21,947 nucleotides of DNA from a bacterium. Its GTDB lineage: Bacteria > Zhuqueibacterota > Zhuqueibacteria > Oceanimicrobiales > Oceanimicrobiaceae. Every line of letters starts with the position of its first letter. Position 1 is the first letter of the stretch. The stretch covers positions 1 to 21,947 of the forward strand of contig JBHHXT010000067.1 of the NCBI GenBank assembly GCA_046757165.1, given 5' to 3'. The position numbers and the translations under genes are program-made. Positions 7,178 through 14,955 of the stretch are shown here, in pieces. The notes under the pieces were generated by a model. It was not told the DNA's origin. It made no database searches and was given only the letters and a program-made list of their open reading frames with translations.

Positions 7178-8721
7178 CAGGCCACCTGCGCGCGGTATTC
7201 ATTCAAACCAGGAATCGGCAAATCGATATAGGCCCCGCGTTTGCCGTGATAGAGACACTCCATCTCGCACGCGAGACACTCGATGCACTTGCCTGCCTTT
7301 GCTTCCTCAGCCGGAATCGCGAGAAGCGGCACCCCGTCTTCGACTTTCAGAATTTCGGGGATGCAACTTTCGACGCACACCTTGTGGTCACATTCCTTGC
7401 AGGTGCCATGGTCGAAGGTGATGGTGCCGGTCAGGGTCGCAAAGGAATACGGCTGTTCGCAGGTCGGTCTCACAAAGGCTTCATCCGGGTCAGGCGCGAG
7501 TTTGTGCTGATCCACAAGATGCCGCAGTCTTTCGGCGCAGAAATCGGCCGAATCGTCCTTTTTGTAGCCTTCCACCGGCGCGGGCAGATGTTTTGTGCAG
7601 GTCGTCAGAATGTCGATCGCCCGGTCCTCAGAATTGCCCCCGAGTCGAATCACGGCAGGAATCGAAAGATTTTCCTCCACAAACGCCTTTGCCAACCCAC
7701 GAGCGGAATGGAATTGCTCCTGACTCGCAACGCCGGAGCCGGAGCCGAAGTAGCCATCGATGTTCTTTTGGGAAAGAATGATTTTGGCGGCGCGATAGAC
7801 TTTCGAAGCCGCCGGATTGCCGCTGGTGTCGGTAAAATTGGCCAGTTTGAACCCCTTTGCGTGCACGGCGTCCATCGACATCATGGAGCCGCCGCCGCCA
7901 GCGCCGTGGAACCCGATATAGCCTCCGCCCTTCTGAAATTCTTCTTCCATTTGAATAAAATAGAACGTGCCGCGATAGTCGTCCTTTTCGACATCGTAGG
8001 CGATCTTGTCCAGTACCGAGGGCGGCCGGTTGAGCTCACGAGCGATCTCGATGTCGAGCTCCGGGTGACGAAACACGGCGTAATCGTCCACGGCGATGCG
8101 GCAATCTGCGGCCATGACCTCGTTGTCTTCGGTCAGCACGAGCGGGTTGATTTCCGCGGAGCGCGCTTCGACCTTGCGGGCTGCTTGCCACAACTTGACC
8201 AGAACGCCGGCCAACTGCATCTGCCGCTTGCCGTGAATGCCGGTTTGTCGAACCAGATTGCGCGCCTGGTAGTCCCGCAAGCCAGTGGCAATGTCGATCT
8301 CCATCCTGGCCACTTTGTCGGGATGTTCAGCCGCGATCTCCTCGATGCCGCTGCCGCCCATCGAGCTGAAGATCATGACTGGACGGCGGGCGGAGTCATC
8401 GATCACAATGCCGGCGTAGAACTCCTGCCTGATTCTGATTTGTTCTTCAACCAGGACCTTGTCGATGACGAAATCCTCGACTCGCCGTCCAAAAAGCTTT
8501 TCTGACTTTGATTTTGCCTCTGCTGCTGAAGCCGCGAACTGAATGCCACCGAATGCGGCGCGTTTGGTGGACCACACCTGTGCTTTGACGACCACCGGCG
8601 TGTTGAGGGCCTCTGCCACCTTGAAAACCTCGTCAGGGCTCTTCGCGAGCTGGCCTTTGGGGGTCGGTATTCTGAAGTCCAGAAGAATTTGCTTCCCCTG
8701 GTGTTCGTGAAGTCGTGCCAT
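7177..8721 (-). CDS. ATP-grasp CoA ligase beta subunit (SucC / citryl-CoA synthetase large subunit-like) with C-terminal ferredoxin-like domain
   Basis: LHEHQGK, VVVKAQV, VLVEE, EINPL, GAGGGGSM, NFTDTSGNP, VIRLGGN; extra C-terminus with CKECDHKVCVESC and CIECLACEMEC. Confidence 0.88.
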   Translation of the reverse strand: MARLHEHQGKQILLDFRIPTPKGQLAKSPDEVFKVAEALNTPVVVKAQVWSTKRAAFGGIQFAASAAEAKSKSEKLFGRRVEDFVIDKVLVEEQIRIRQEFYAGIVIDDSARRPVMIFSSMGGSGIEEIAAEHPDKVARMEIDIATGLRDYQARNLVRQTGIHGKRQMQLAGVLVKLWQAARKVEARSAEINPLVLTEDNEVMAADCRIAVDDYAVFRHPELDIEIARELNRPPSVLDKIAYDVEKDDYRGTFYFIQMEEEFQKGGGYIGFHGAGGGGSMMSMDAVHAKGFKLANFTDTSGNPAASKVYRAAKIILSQKNIDGYFGSGSGVASQEQFHSARGLAKAFVEENLSIPAVIRLGGNSEDRAIDILTTCTKHLPAPVEGYKKDDSADFCAERLRHLVDQHKLAPDPDEAFVRPTCEQPYSFATLTGTITFDHGTCKECDHKVCVESCIPEILKVEDGVPLLAIPAEEAKAGKCIECLACEMECLYHGKRGAYIDLPIPGLNEYRAQVA

Positions 8722-8727
8722 GCTACC

Positions 8728-9447
8728 TCAGGAAATAGAGTCAGGGATTCCCACGGATGCCGGAAGGCTGGCTTCTGTGTTCAGAAAGTCTTCGATCCTG
8801 GCCTCCCTGAAATCAATTCCAAATACCTGGCTAAAATTCTCTGCAATCTTTGACCGCACCTCGATAAAACTGGGCTGGCGACTCAGCAGTTTGTGCATCG
8901 AGGTGACGGGCTTGTCGACGATGCCGCATGGCACGATGTGCCCAAAGTAGGTCAAGTTGGTACTGACGTTCAGTGCAAAACCGTGCATGGTCACCCAACG
9001 GCTCACTTTGACGCCGATGGCGGCGATCTTCTCTTCCGCCACCCAGACGCCCGTTAACCCCTCTACCCTGCCCGCTGAGATGTCATATTCAGCCAGCGTC
9101 CGAATGATGACTTCCTCCAGATCGCGCAGGAACCGGTGGACGTCAAGATAGTAGTTGTGCAGGTCCAGAATCGGGTAGCCGACGATTTGCCCCGGTCCGT
9201 GGTAGGTGATATCCCCGCCACGATCGATGCGATACACCTGGATACCGCTTTCGTTGAGCCGTTTTTCATCGGTCACAAGATTGGATTCCTGGCCTGATTT
9301 GCCAATCGTGTACGTATGCGGATGCTCGGTCAAAATCAGCGTGTCAGTGCCCGTGCCACGAACAAGGTCTTGATGCAGGCGCTTCTGCAGATTCCAGGCG
9401 TCCTGGTAGTCGAGCTGATGGGTTTTGAGCAAGATTCCGTGCGTCAT
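8728..9447 (-). CDS. lipB: Octanoyltransferase LipB
   Basis: EHPHTYTIG, DRGGDITYHGPGQIVGYPI, KIAAIGV, HGFALNV, IVPCGI. Confidence 0.95.
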   Translation of the reverse strand: MTHGILLKTHQLDYQDAWNLQKRLHQDLVRGTGTDTLILTEHPHTYTIGKSGQESNLVTDEKRLNESGIQVYRIDRGGDITYHGPGQIVGYPILDLHNYYLDVHRFLRDLEEVIIRTLAEYDISAGRVEGLTGVWVAEEKIAAIGVKVSRWVTMHGFALNVSTNLTYFGHIVPCGIVDKPVTSMHKLLSRQPSFIEVRSKIAENFSQVFGIDFREARIEDFLNTEASLPASVGIPDSIS

Positions 9448-9453
9448 GAGACC

Positions 9454-10857
9454 TCAAATATGAATGGCTTCTCCCAGCGCATCTCCGGCCGCCTCCATGA
9501 TTGCCTCGGACAGCGTCGGATGTGCGTGCACCGTCTTCAGCACTTCCGTGTAGGTTGTTTCGAGCGCCCTGGCCAGGCCGAGCTCGGCAATCATGTCCGT
9601 CGCTTCCACGCCAATAATGTGCGCGCCAAGAAGCTCGCCGTACTGTTCATCGAAAACCAGTTTTACCATCCCTTCGGTTTCGCCGACGGCAATGGATTTG
9701 CCATTGGCCCGGAAGGGGAAGCGGCCCACTTTCACTTTGTGGCCGGCTGCAATCGCTTTCTTCTCAGTCATGCCTACGCTGGCGATCTGCGGTTGACAGT
9801 AGGTACAGCTTGGAATATTCGAATAGTCCACCGGCGCCGGAGCGTGACCTGCCAGGCTTTCCACCAAATAAATCGCTTCTGCTGAAGCCACGTGCGCCAG
9901 CAGCGGTGGGCCGATGACATCTCCAATCGCGTAAATGCCCTCGACGTTGGTGCGGTAGGTCTCATCGACTTTGATGAAGCTCTTTTCTGTCTTAACGCCA
10001 ACATTTTCGAGGCCAAGACCCTCGGTCAGCCCGCCAAAGCCCACGGCGATCAGAGCCACCTCCCCCACGAGGTCTTTGGAAGAACCATCTTTGCCGCCCA
10101 CGGTGACGGTCACGCCTTTGGCCGTTTTCTTCACCGCCTCAACTTTGGTGTCGGTCAAAATGTCTATTTTGCGTTTCTTGAAATTCCGCTGCAAGATGTC
10201 GACGACCTCGCTGTCTTCAAAAGGCAGGATGTGCGGCAACATCTCCACGATGGTGCATTTGACGCCAAACGCGTTGTAAAAATAAGCGAATTCAACCCCG
10301 ATCGGGCCGCCCCCGATGATGATGATCGACCTGGGCAGCTTGTCAAGTGCCAGCGCCTCCCGGCTGGAGATCACTTTCTTTTGGTCGATTTGCACGCCCG
10401 GCAGGGAGCGCGTCACCCCTCCGGTGGCGACCACGATGGTCCTGGCGTTGACCGCGGTCGTGACCTTGCCCGAGTCGGAAACCTCCACCACCCCTTTCCT
10501 GGCTATCATGCCAGTGCCGGAAATGTGGGTCACCTTGTTTTTCCGCATCAGAAACGCCACGCCTTTGCTGAGCTTGTCAGCCGCATTGCGGCTGCGCTTG
10601 ATGATTTTCTTTGCGTCAAATTTGACCTCCCCGACCTGAATGCCATAGGCATCCGCTTCCTGGACCAGACGGTAGACCTCAGCACTACGCAGGAGTGCCT
10701 TGCTCGGGATGCATCCCCAGTTCAAGCAAAGTCCCCCAAGTCTCTCCTTTTCGACAACGCACACTTTCATCCCCAATTGCGATGCCCGGATGGCGGCGAC
10801 ATAGCCGCCAGGCCCCCCTCCGATGACTGCCAGGTCAACGTTTTCCGTTTTTGTCAT
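9454..10857 (-). CDS. lpdA: Dihydrolipoyl dehydrogenase (E3)
   Basis: GGGPGGYVAAIRA, GGLCLNWGCIPSK redox disulfide, IYAIGD, HAHPTLSE. Confidence 0.96.
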   Translation of the reverse strand: MTKTENVDLAVIGGGPGGYVAAIRASQLGMKVCVVEKERLGGLCLNWGCIPSKALLRSAEVYRLVQEADAYGIQVGEVKFDAKKIIKRSRNAADKLSKGVAFLMRKNKVTHISGTGMIARKGVVEVSDSGKVTTAVNARTIVVATGGVTRSLPGVQIDQKKVISSREALALDKLPRSIIIIGGGPIGVEFAYFYNAFGVKCTIVEMLPHILPFEDSEVVDILQRNFKKRKIDILTDTKVEAVKKTAKGVTVTVGGKDGSSKDLVGEVALIAVGFGGLTEGLGLENVGVKTEKSFIKVDETYRTNVEGIYAIGDVIGPPLLAHVASAEAIYLVESLAGHAPAPVDYSNIPSCTYCQPQIASVGMTEKKAIAAGHKVKVGRFPFRANGKSIAVGETEGMVKLVFDEQYGELLGAHIIGVEATDMIAELGLARALETTYTEVLKTVHAHPTLSEAIMEAAGDALGEAIHI

Positions 10858-11824
10858 TTAGAATGTTTCCTATGATTTTGGCCCCATGGTTGCGAGAGTT
10901 CTCGATAAACACCTTGCTGCCGTCGGAGCCCGCCGTGATGACCCCCGCAATATAAACACCCGGCACGTTAGTTTCAAGCGTATTCGGATCGTGCACCGCC
11001 GTGTATTCTGACCGCAGCTCGATCCCGATCTGCGTCAGGAATCTGGTATCCGGGTTGTATCCGGTCATGGCCAGGACAAGATCATTTTCGAGCTCCTGAG
11101 TCGTGCCGTCCTTTCTAAGAACGACGATGCTCTCGTCCCGTATTTCCATCACAACTGTGTTGAACAGCGCTCGAATCTTCCCGGCCCTGATCCGGTTCTC
11201 GATGTCCGGCAGAATCCAGTACTTGACAGAGCTTCCGAACGTCTCGCGGCGGTGAATGAGCGTCACCTCGGCTCCATTCTTGTACAAGTCGAGCGCAGCT
11301 TCAACAGCCGAGTTTTTGCCGCCGATGACCGCCACTTTTTTTCTGTAATAGGGATGCGGTTCAGTGTAGTAGTGGCTAACCTTGTCGAGGTCTTCACCGG
11401 GGACGCCCATCATGTTGGGCGTATCGTACTGTCCGGTTGCGATGGCCAGATTTTTCGTCTGGTACGCCCTTCCTTTGCTCGTGGTGAGGGTGAAACCGCC
11501 CTTCTGGCCGCTGACGGACTCCACGCGCTCGAAGAGATGGATGTTCAGGTCATAATGCTCACTGACGATGCGGTAGTACTTGAGCAAGTCCGAACGGGTG
11601 GGTTTTTCCGTTGCGACAATGAACGGGATGCCGCCAATTTCAAGCAAGTCTGGCGTTGAAAACAAAATGAGATGGGTAGGAAAGTTGAAAATCGAATTGA
11701 CCAGACAGCCCTTCTCGAGCACCAGGTAATCCAGGTTGTTCTTCTTCGCGTCTATCGCGCACGCAAGGCCAGCCGGCCCGGCTCCGATGATCACGACGTC
11801 GTTTACCTTGTTATCGACAAGCAC
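10835..11824 (-). CDS. ypdA: YpdA family putative bacillithiol disulfide reductase (FAD/NAD(P)H, thioredoxin reductase-like)
   Basis: IIGAGPAGL, EKGCLVNSIFNFP, FSTPDLLEIGGIPF, SHYYTEPHPY, GGKNSA, VKYWILPD, FIENSRNHG; lacks the TrxB CxxC. Exact start uncertain. Confidence 0.85.
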   Translation of the reverse strand: MLVDNKVNDVVIIGAGPAGLACAIDAKKNNLDYLVLEKGCLVNSIFNFPTHLILFSTPDLLEIGGIPFIVATEKPTRSDLLKYYRIVSEHYDLNIHLFERVESVSGQKGGFTLTTSKGRAYQTKNLAIATGQYDTPNMMGVPGEDLDKVSHYYTEPHPYYRKKVAVIGGKNSAVEAALDLYKNGAEVTLIHRRETFGSSVKYWILPDIENRIRAGKIRALFNTVVMEIRDESIVVLRKDGTTQELENDLVLAMTGYNPDTRFLTQIGIELRSEYTAVHDPNTLETNVPGVYIAGVITAGSDGSKVFIENSRNHGAKIIGNILNDKNGKR

Positions 11825-11896
11825 TGAGTCGATGCGATCCTTTCTTTTTCTGCTTGAGCATTGTTTCTGAACGAGTCAGTTGTGATTGCGAAACCA

Positions 11897-13171
11897 TCAA
11901 TTCAAAACATCGCGGGGGTCCGTGATCACACCACGCACAGCTGTCGCGGCTGCCACAGCCGGACTGACCAGATAAACCTGTGCCGAAGTGTGACCGTTTC
12001 TGCCGACAAAGTTGCGATTCGTGGTGAACACCCCGACCTCGTTTTCTGCCATCACGCCCATATGGGCGCCAAAGCACGCCCCGCAGGTCGGCGGGCCGAT
12101 GGAGGCGCCTGCCTGGTGGAAGATCTCAGCCAGACCCTCGGTCAGCATCTGGTGGTAGATCTGCTCAGTGGCGGGCACCACCACCATGCGCGTCTTATCG
12201 TGCACTTTCTTGCCTTTCAGCACACGCGCCGCGATCCTGAGATCTTCGATCTTGCCATTCGTACACGAGCCGATGTAAACCTGATCGACCGCAACCGGTT
12301 CTGCCTGCGAGACCGGAACAACGTTGCCGGGCAGGTTGGGGCAGGCAACCATGGGCTGCAGCTCGCTCACATCATAGTTGAGCTCCTGGCAATAAACAGC
12401 ATCGTCATCCGGCTGGAAAAACATCCATTCTTCCTCCTGCTTCGTTGCCCGGCCTTGCAGGTACGCCCGGGTGGTTTTGTCGGCGATAACCACGCCGTTC
12501 TTGCCGCCGCACTCAATCGTCATGTTGGCAAAAACAAACCGGTCATACATGGGCATGTCCTCGATGGTCGCGCCACCGAATTCCAGGGCTTTGTAGGTCC
12601 CCCCTTCTATGCCTAAATCGCGACAAACCAGCAGCATCATGTCCTTGGCCGACACCCATTCCGGCAGCACGCCGGTAAACCGAATCTTGATGGATTCCGG
12701 TACGCGCAGCCAGGTTTCGCCCAGGACCCAGGCGGCGGCCATGTCTGTACTGCCCACGCCGGTCGCAAAACAGCCCAGCCCGCCGTACGTGGTGCTGTGG
12801 GAATCGGCGCCAAGCACGACGTCGCCAGGATGAATCAGCCCCTGCTCCGGCAGCAACTGGTGCGAGATGCCTGATCGACCCACTTCGTAGTAATATTTGA
12901 TGCCTTGTTCACGGGCAAAATTGCGCATCATCTTGGAAAACTCGGCAGACTTGATGTCCTTGGCCGGGACCAGGTGGTCGTGAACGAGCGGCACCTTTTC
13001 GGGATGGAAAACCTTTTCGCCTCCCATTTCCTGGAAGACCTTTATCGTCAGAGGCGAGGAAATATCCGTCGCCATCGCTATATCTATTTTGACAATAACA
13101 AGATCGCCTGGCCCGACTTGCTTCAAACCAGCACGATTTGCCAGAATCTTTTCGGTCAAGGTCATGCCCAT
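11897..13171 (-). CDS. 3-isopropylmalate dehydratase / homoaconitase large subunit (LeuC/HacA short type)
   Basis: 424 aa; MGMTLTEKIL, DHLVPA, GADSHSTTYG, IGSCTNG, TCGACFG (three Fe-S Cys), TTNRNFVGRNG, YLVSPAVAAA. Confidence 0.92.
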   Translation of the reverse strand: MGMTLTEKILANRAGLKQVGPGDLVIVKIDIAMATDISSPLTIKVFQEMGGEKVFHPEKVPLVHDHLVPAKDIKSAEFSKMMRNFAREQGIKYYYEVGRSGISHQLLPEQGLIHPGDVVLGADSHSTTYGGLGCFATGVGSTDMAAAWVLGETWLRVPESIKIRFTGVLPEWVSAKDMMLLVCRDLGIEGGTYKALEFGGATIEDMPMYDRFVFANMTIECGGKNGVVIADKTTRAYLQGRATKQEEEWMFFQPDDDAVYCQELNYDVSELQPMVACPNLPGNVVPVSQAEPVAVDQVYIGSCTNGKIEDLRIAARVLKGKKVHDKTRMVVVPATEQIYHQMLTEGLAEIFHQAGASIGPPTCGACFGAHMGVMAENEVGVFTTNRNFVGRNGHTSAQVYLVSPAVAAATAVRGVITDPRDVLN

Positions 13172-13357
13172 GTGCTAAACCTTTGCTTTTGGTGAGTGCA
13201 GCGAGCGCTACCGAATTGACGAAACTTTCCACCGCGTTCCGAATTATTCAGGATGTCTGAGTTCTGACAAGAAAACGGTTGCACAACCAAACCGTGCAGA
13301 ATCGAACCACGCAGTTTCTTATGAACACAAACAACCGATTTGGTTATGAAACGCCCA

Positions 13358-13386
13358 AGTATAGCGAAATTCACGGTAAATTTCAA
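13358..13386 (-). promoter_or_regulatory. Sigma70-like promoter for the minus-strand operon
   Basis: Minus strand TTGAAA (13386-13381), 17-bp spacer, TATACT (13363-13358). Confidence 0.6.
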
Positions 13387-13422
13387 GTGGTATTTTCCGG
13401 TCCGCCCCGGGCGAGAAAATAA

Positions 13423-13450
13423 TTGACAAGGTGTCTTGAAATGCTATATT
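13423..13450 (+). promoter_or_regulatory. Sigma70-like promoter for the methyltransferase
   Basis: TTGACA (13423-13428), 16-bp spacer ending TGC (extended -10), TATATT (13445-13450); GGAGG at 13466-13470. Confidence 0.6.
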
Positions 13451-13483
13451 GGTTTCCCAAACCCGGGAGGATGAAAAATCAAA

Positions 13484-14902
13484 GTGAAAAACAGATTCAA
13501 CAGACTTACCTCAAAAGAATGGCTGCCGTTTCAGAAATCGTGGTTTCGATTTAGTGGGCTGGAGAAGCTGTACGAACAGAATCTTCGCTTTTTCACCCTG
13601 CCGCAGGAGAGTCCGGCATCGGTCTTCTTCCATGGCCGGCAAGAAGACAGGCAGATCCTGGAGCAAGTGGCAAGAAGAAACGGTTGTGACATCACCACGG
13701 ACGTCAATCCGCCCATCAACTTCGCCCTGATCGACCTGCTTGAGATTGTGGGTCAGGAAACCTCTGAGACCGACTATGAAAAAACCAAAACCGAAGTGCT
13801 CGGGCTCGTTTCGAAGCTGTACCACTGTCTCGACCATCGCCGGTTTCTGGCTGTGTTTGTCCGCAACGTCGCGGTTGGGAACCGGTTCTATCCTTACGCC
13901 TGGGACCTGGCCAAATCCATGGCTGAAATCCTTTCGCTCAAAGACGAAAAGATCGGCTGCCTGGACAGGGGGACGCGGGCGCAGGAGCAGAATTATTTCA
14001 CGACCCGGCAGAATGTCATCTATTGCCTCTATTTCCGCAAGGACGAACAGGCGGCCGGACCGCAGGGCAGCCACAAAACCGGCCTGTTTCACAGGACTAC
14101 GCAGGAGCACACCTCGCTCACATTCAGTCCGCTGGAGAGCTGGTATGTTCTGAAGCCACAGCCGCGCAAGAAAAACGAGATCCTGCATCCGGCGAAATAC
14201 CCGGAAGACCTGGTCGACCTTTTCGTGCAGGCCTTCACCCGGGAGCAGGACACGGTTTTTGATCCCATGTGTGGAACCGGAAGCACCCAGCTCGGCGCTT
14301 TGCGAAACCGGCGTCACGGCTATGGTGTGGAGCTGAGCGAGTTTTTCACCCAGATTGCGGTCGAGCGCTGCGACGAGTTCCTGGCACCCAGACAAGAGGC
14401 TCTGTTCGCGACCGATCGAAAACTCAGGTGCAAGATTCTGAACAAAGATGCTCGCGACATCAACGCGACTGACTTCCCGGCGATTGACTACATGCTCACC
14501 TCCCCGCCCTATTGGGATATGCTCAATATGAAAGGCGCCGAAAACCAGGCCAACCGAAAACAGAAGGGCCTGCAGCTCAACTACTCAGATGACGAACAGG
14601 ATTTGGGGAATATTGGAGATTATCAGGGGTTTCTTACAGAGTTGTGCACAATCTACTTCAAAATTATCGACCAGCTGAAACCAGGGGGGTATCTTACGAT
14701 CGTCGTTAAGAATATCAAGAAGAAAGGCAAAAACTACCCCTTTGCGTGGGATTTGGCGGAGAGACTGCAGGAAAAACTCACCCTCTTGCCCGAGGTTTTC
14801 TGGTGTCAGGATGACATTTCCATTGCCCCCTACGGCTACGGCAACACCTGGGTCAGCAATACCTTCCACCACTATTGCTTGAATTTCCGGAAGCCCGGTT
14901 AA
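13484..14902 (+). CDS. SAM-dependent amino-methyltransferase (N4/N6 DNA methylase family), orphan, with a degenerate duplicated N-terminal half
   Basis: HPAKYP, VFDPMCGTGST (motif I), GVELS, DYMLTSPPYW (motif IV), LKPGGYL; GTG start; no restriction enzyme adjacent. Confidence 0.85.
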   Translation: MKNRFNRLTSKEWLPFQKSWFRFSGLEKLYEQNLRFFTLPQESPASVFFHGRQEDRQILEQVARRNGCDITTDVNPPINFALIDLLEIVGQETSETDYEKTKTEVLGLVSKLYHCLDHRRFLAVFVRNVAVGNRFYPYAWDLAKSMAEILSLKDEKIGCLDRGTRAQEQNYFTTRQNVIYCLYFRKDEQAAGPQGSHKTGLFHRTTQEHTSLTFSPLESWYVLKPQPRKKNEILHPAKYPEDLVDLFVQAFTREQDTVFDPMCGTGSTQLGALRNRRHGYGVELSEFFTQIAVERCDEFLAPRQEALFATDRKLRCKILNKDARDINATDFPAIDYMLTSPPYWDMLNMKGAENQANRKQKGLQLNYSDDEQDLGNIGDYQGFLTELCTIYFKIIDQLKPGGYLTIVVKNIKKKGKNYPFAWDLAERLQEKLTLLPEVFWCQDDISIAPYGYGNTWVSNTFHHYCLNFRKPG

Positions 14903-14907
14903 GCGTT

Positions 14908-14945
14908 CCGGGACTAATCGCAGACACGTCTGCTCAGCTTCCCGG
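14908..14945. terminator. Possible hairpin between convergent genes
   Basis: CCGGGA...GCAGAC-AC-GTCTGC...TCCCGG nested inverted repeat between the stops at 14902 and 14956; no U-tract, so weak. Confidence 0.3.
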
Positions 14946-14955
14946 CCTGACCGCC

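Noticed and set aside
5340..8721. Claim of autotrophic reverse TCA cycle
   Set aside because: No 2-oxoacid:ferredoxin oxidoreductase or fumarate reductase in the window, and lipB/lpdA point to oxidative metabolism; direction cannot be determined here.
7246..12616. Long plus-strand ORFs (419, 327, 251 and 189 aa)
   Set aside because: Antisense frames of clearly identified genes, as expected in GC-rich coding DNA; no motifs.
2873..13171. Labelling the dehydrogenase and dehydratase as leuB/leuC of leucine biosynthesis
   Set aside because: No leuA, leuD or ilv genes nearby, and the KY/TYD cofactor signature does not fit NAD-dependent LeuB.
13471..13554. ATG at 13471 as the methyltransferase start or as evidence of a frameshift
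   Set aside because: It abuts GGAGG, is out of frame and ends after 27 codons; the GTG at 13484 gives a full-length ORF.
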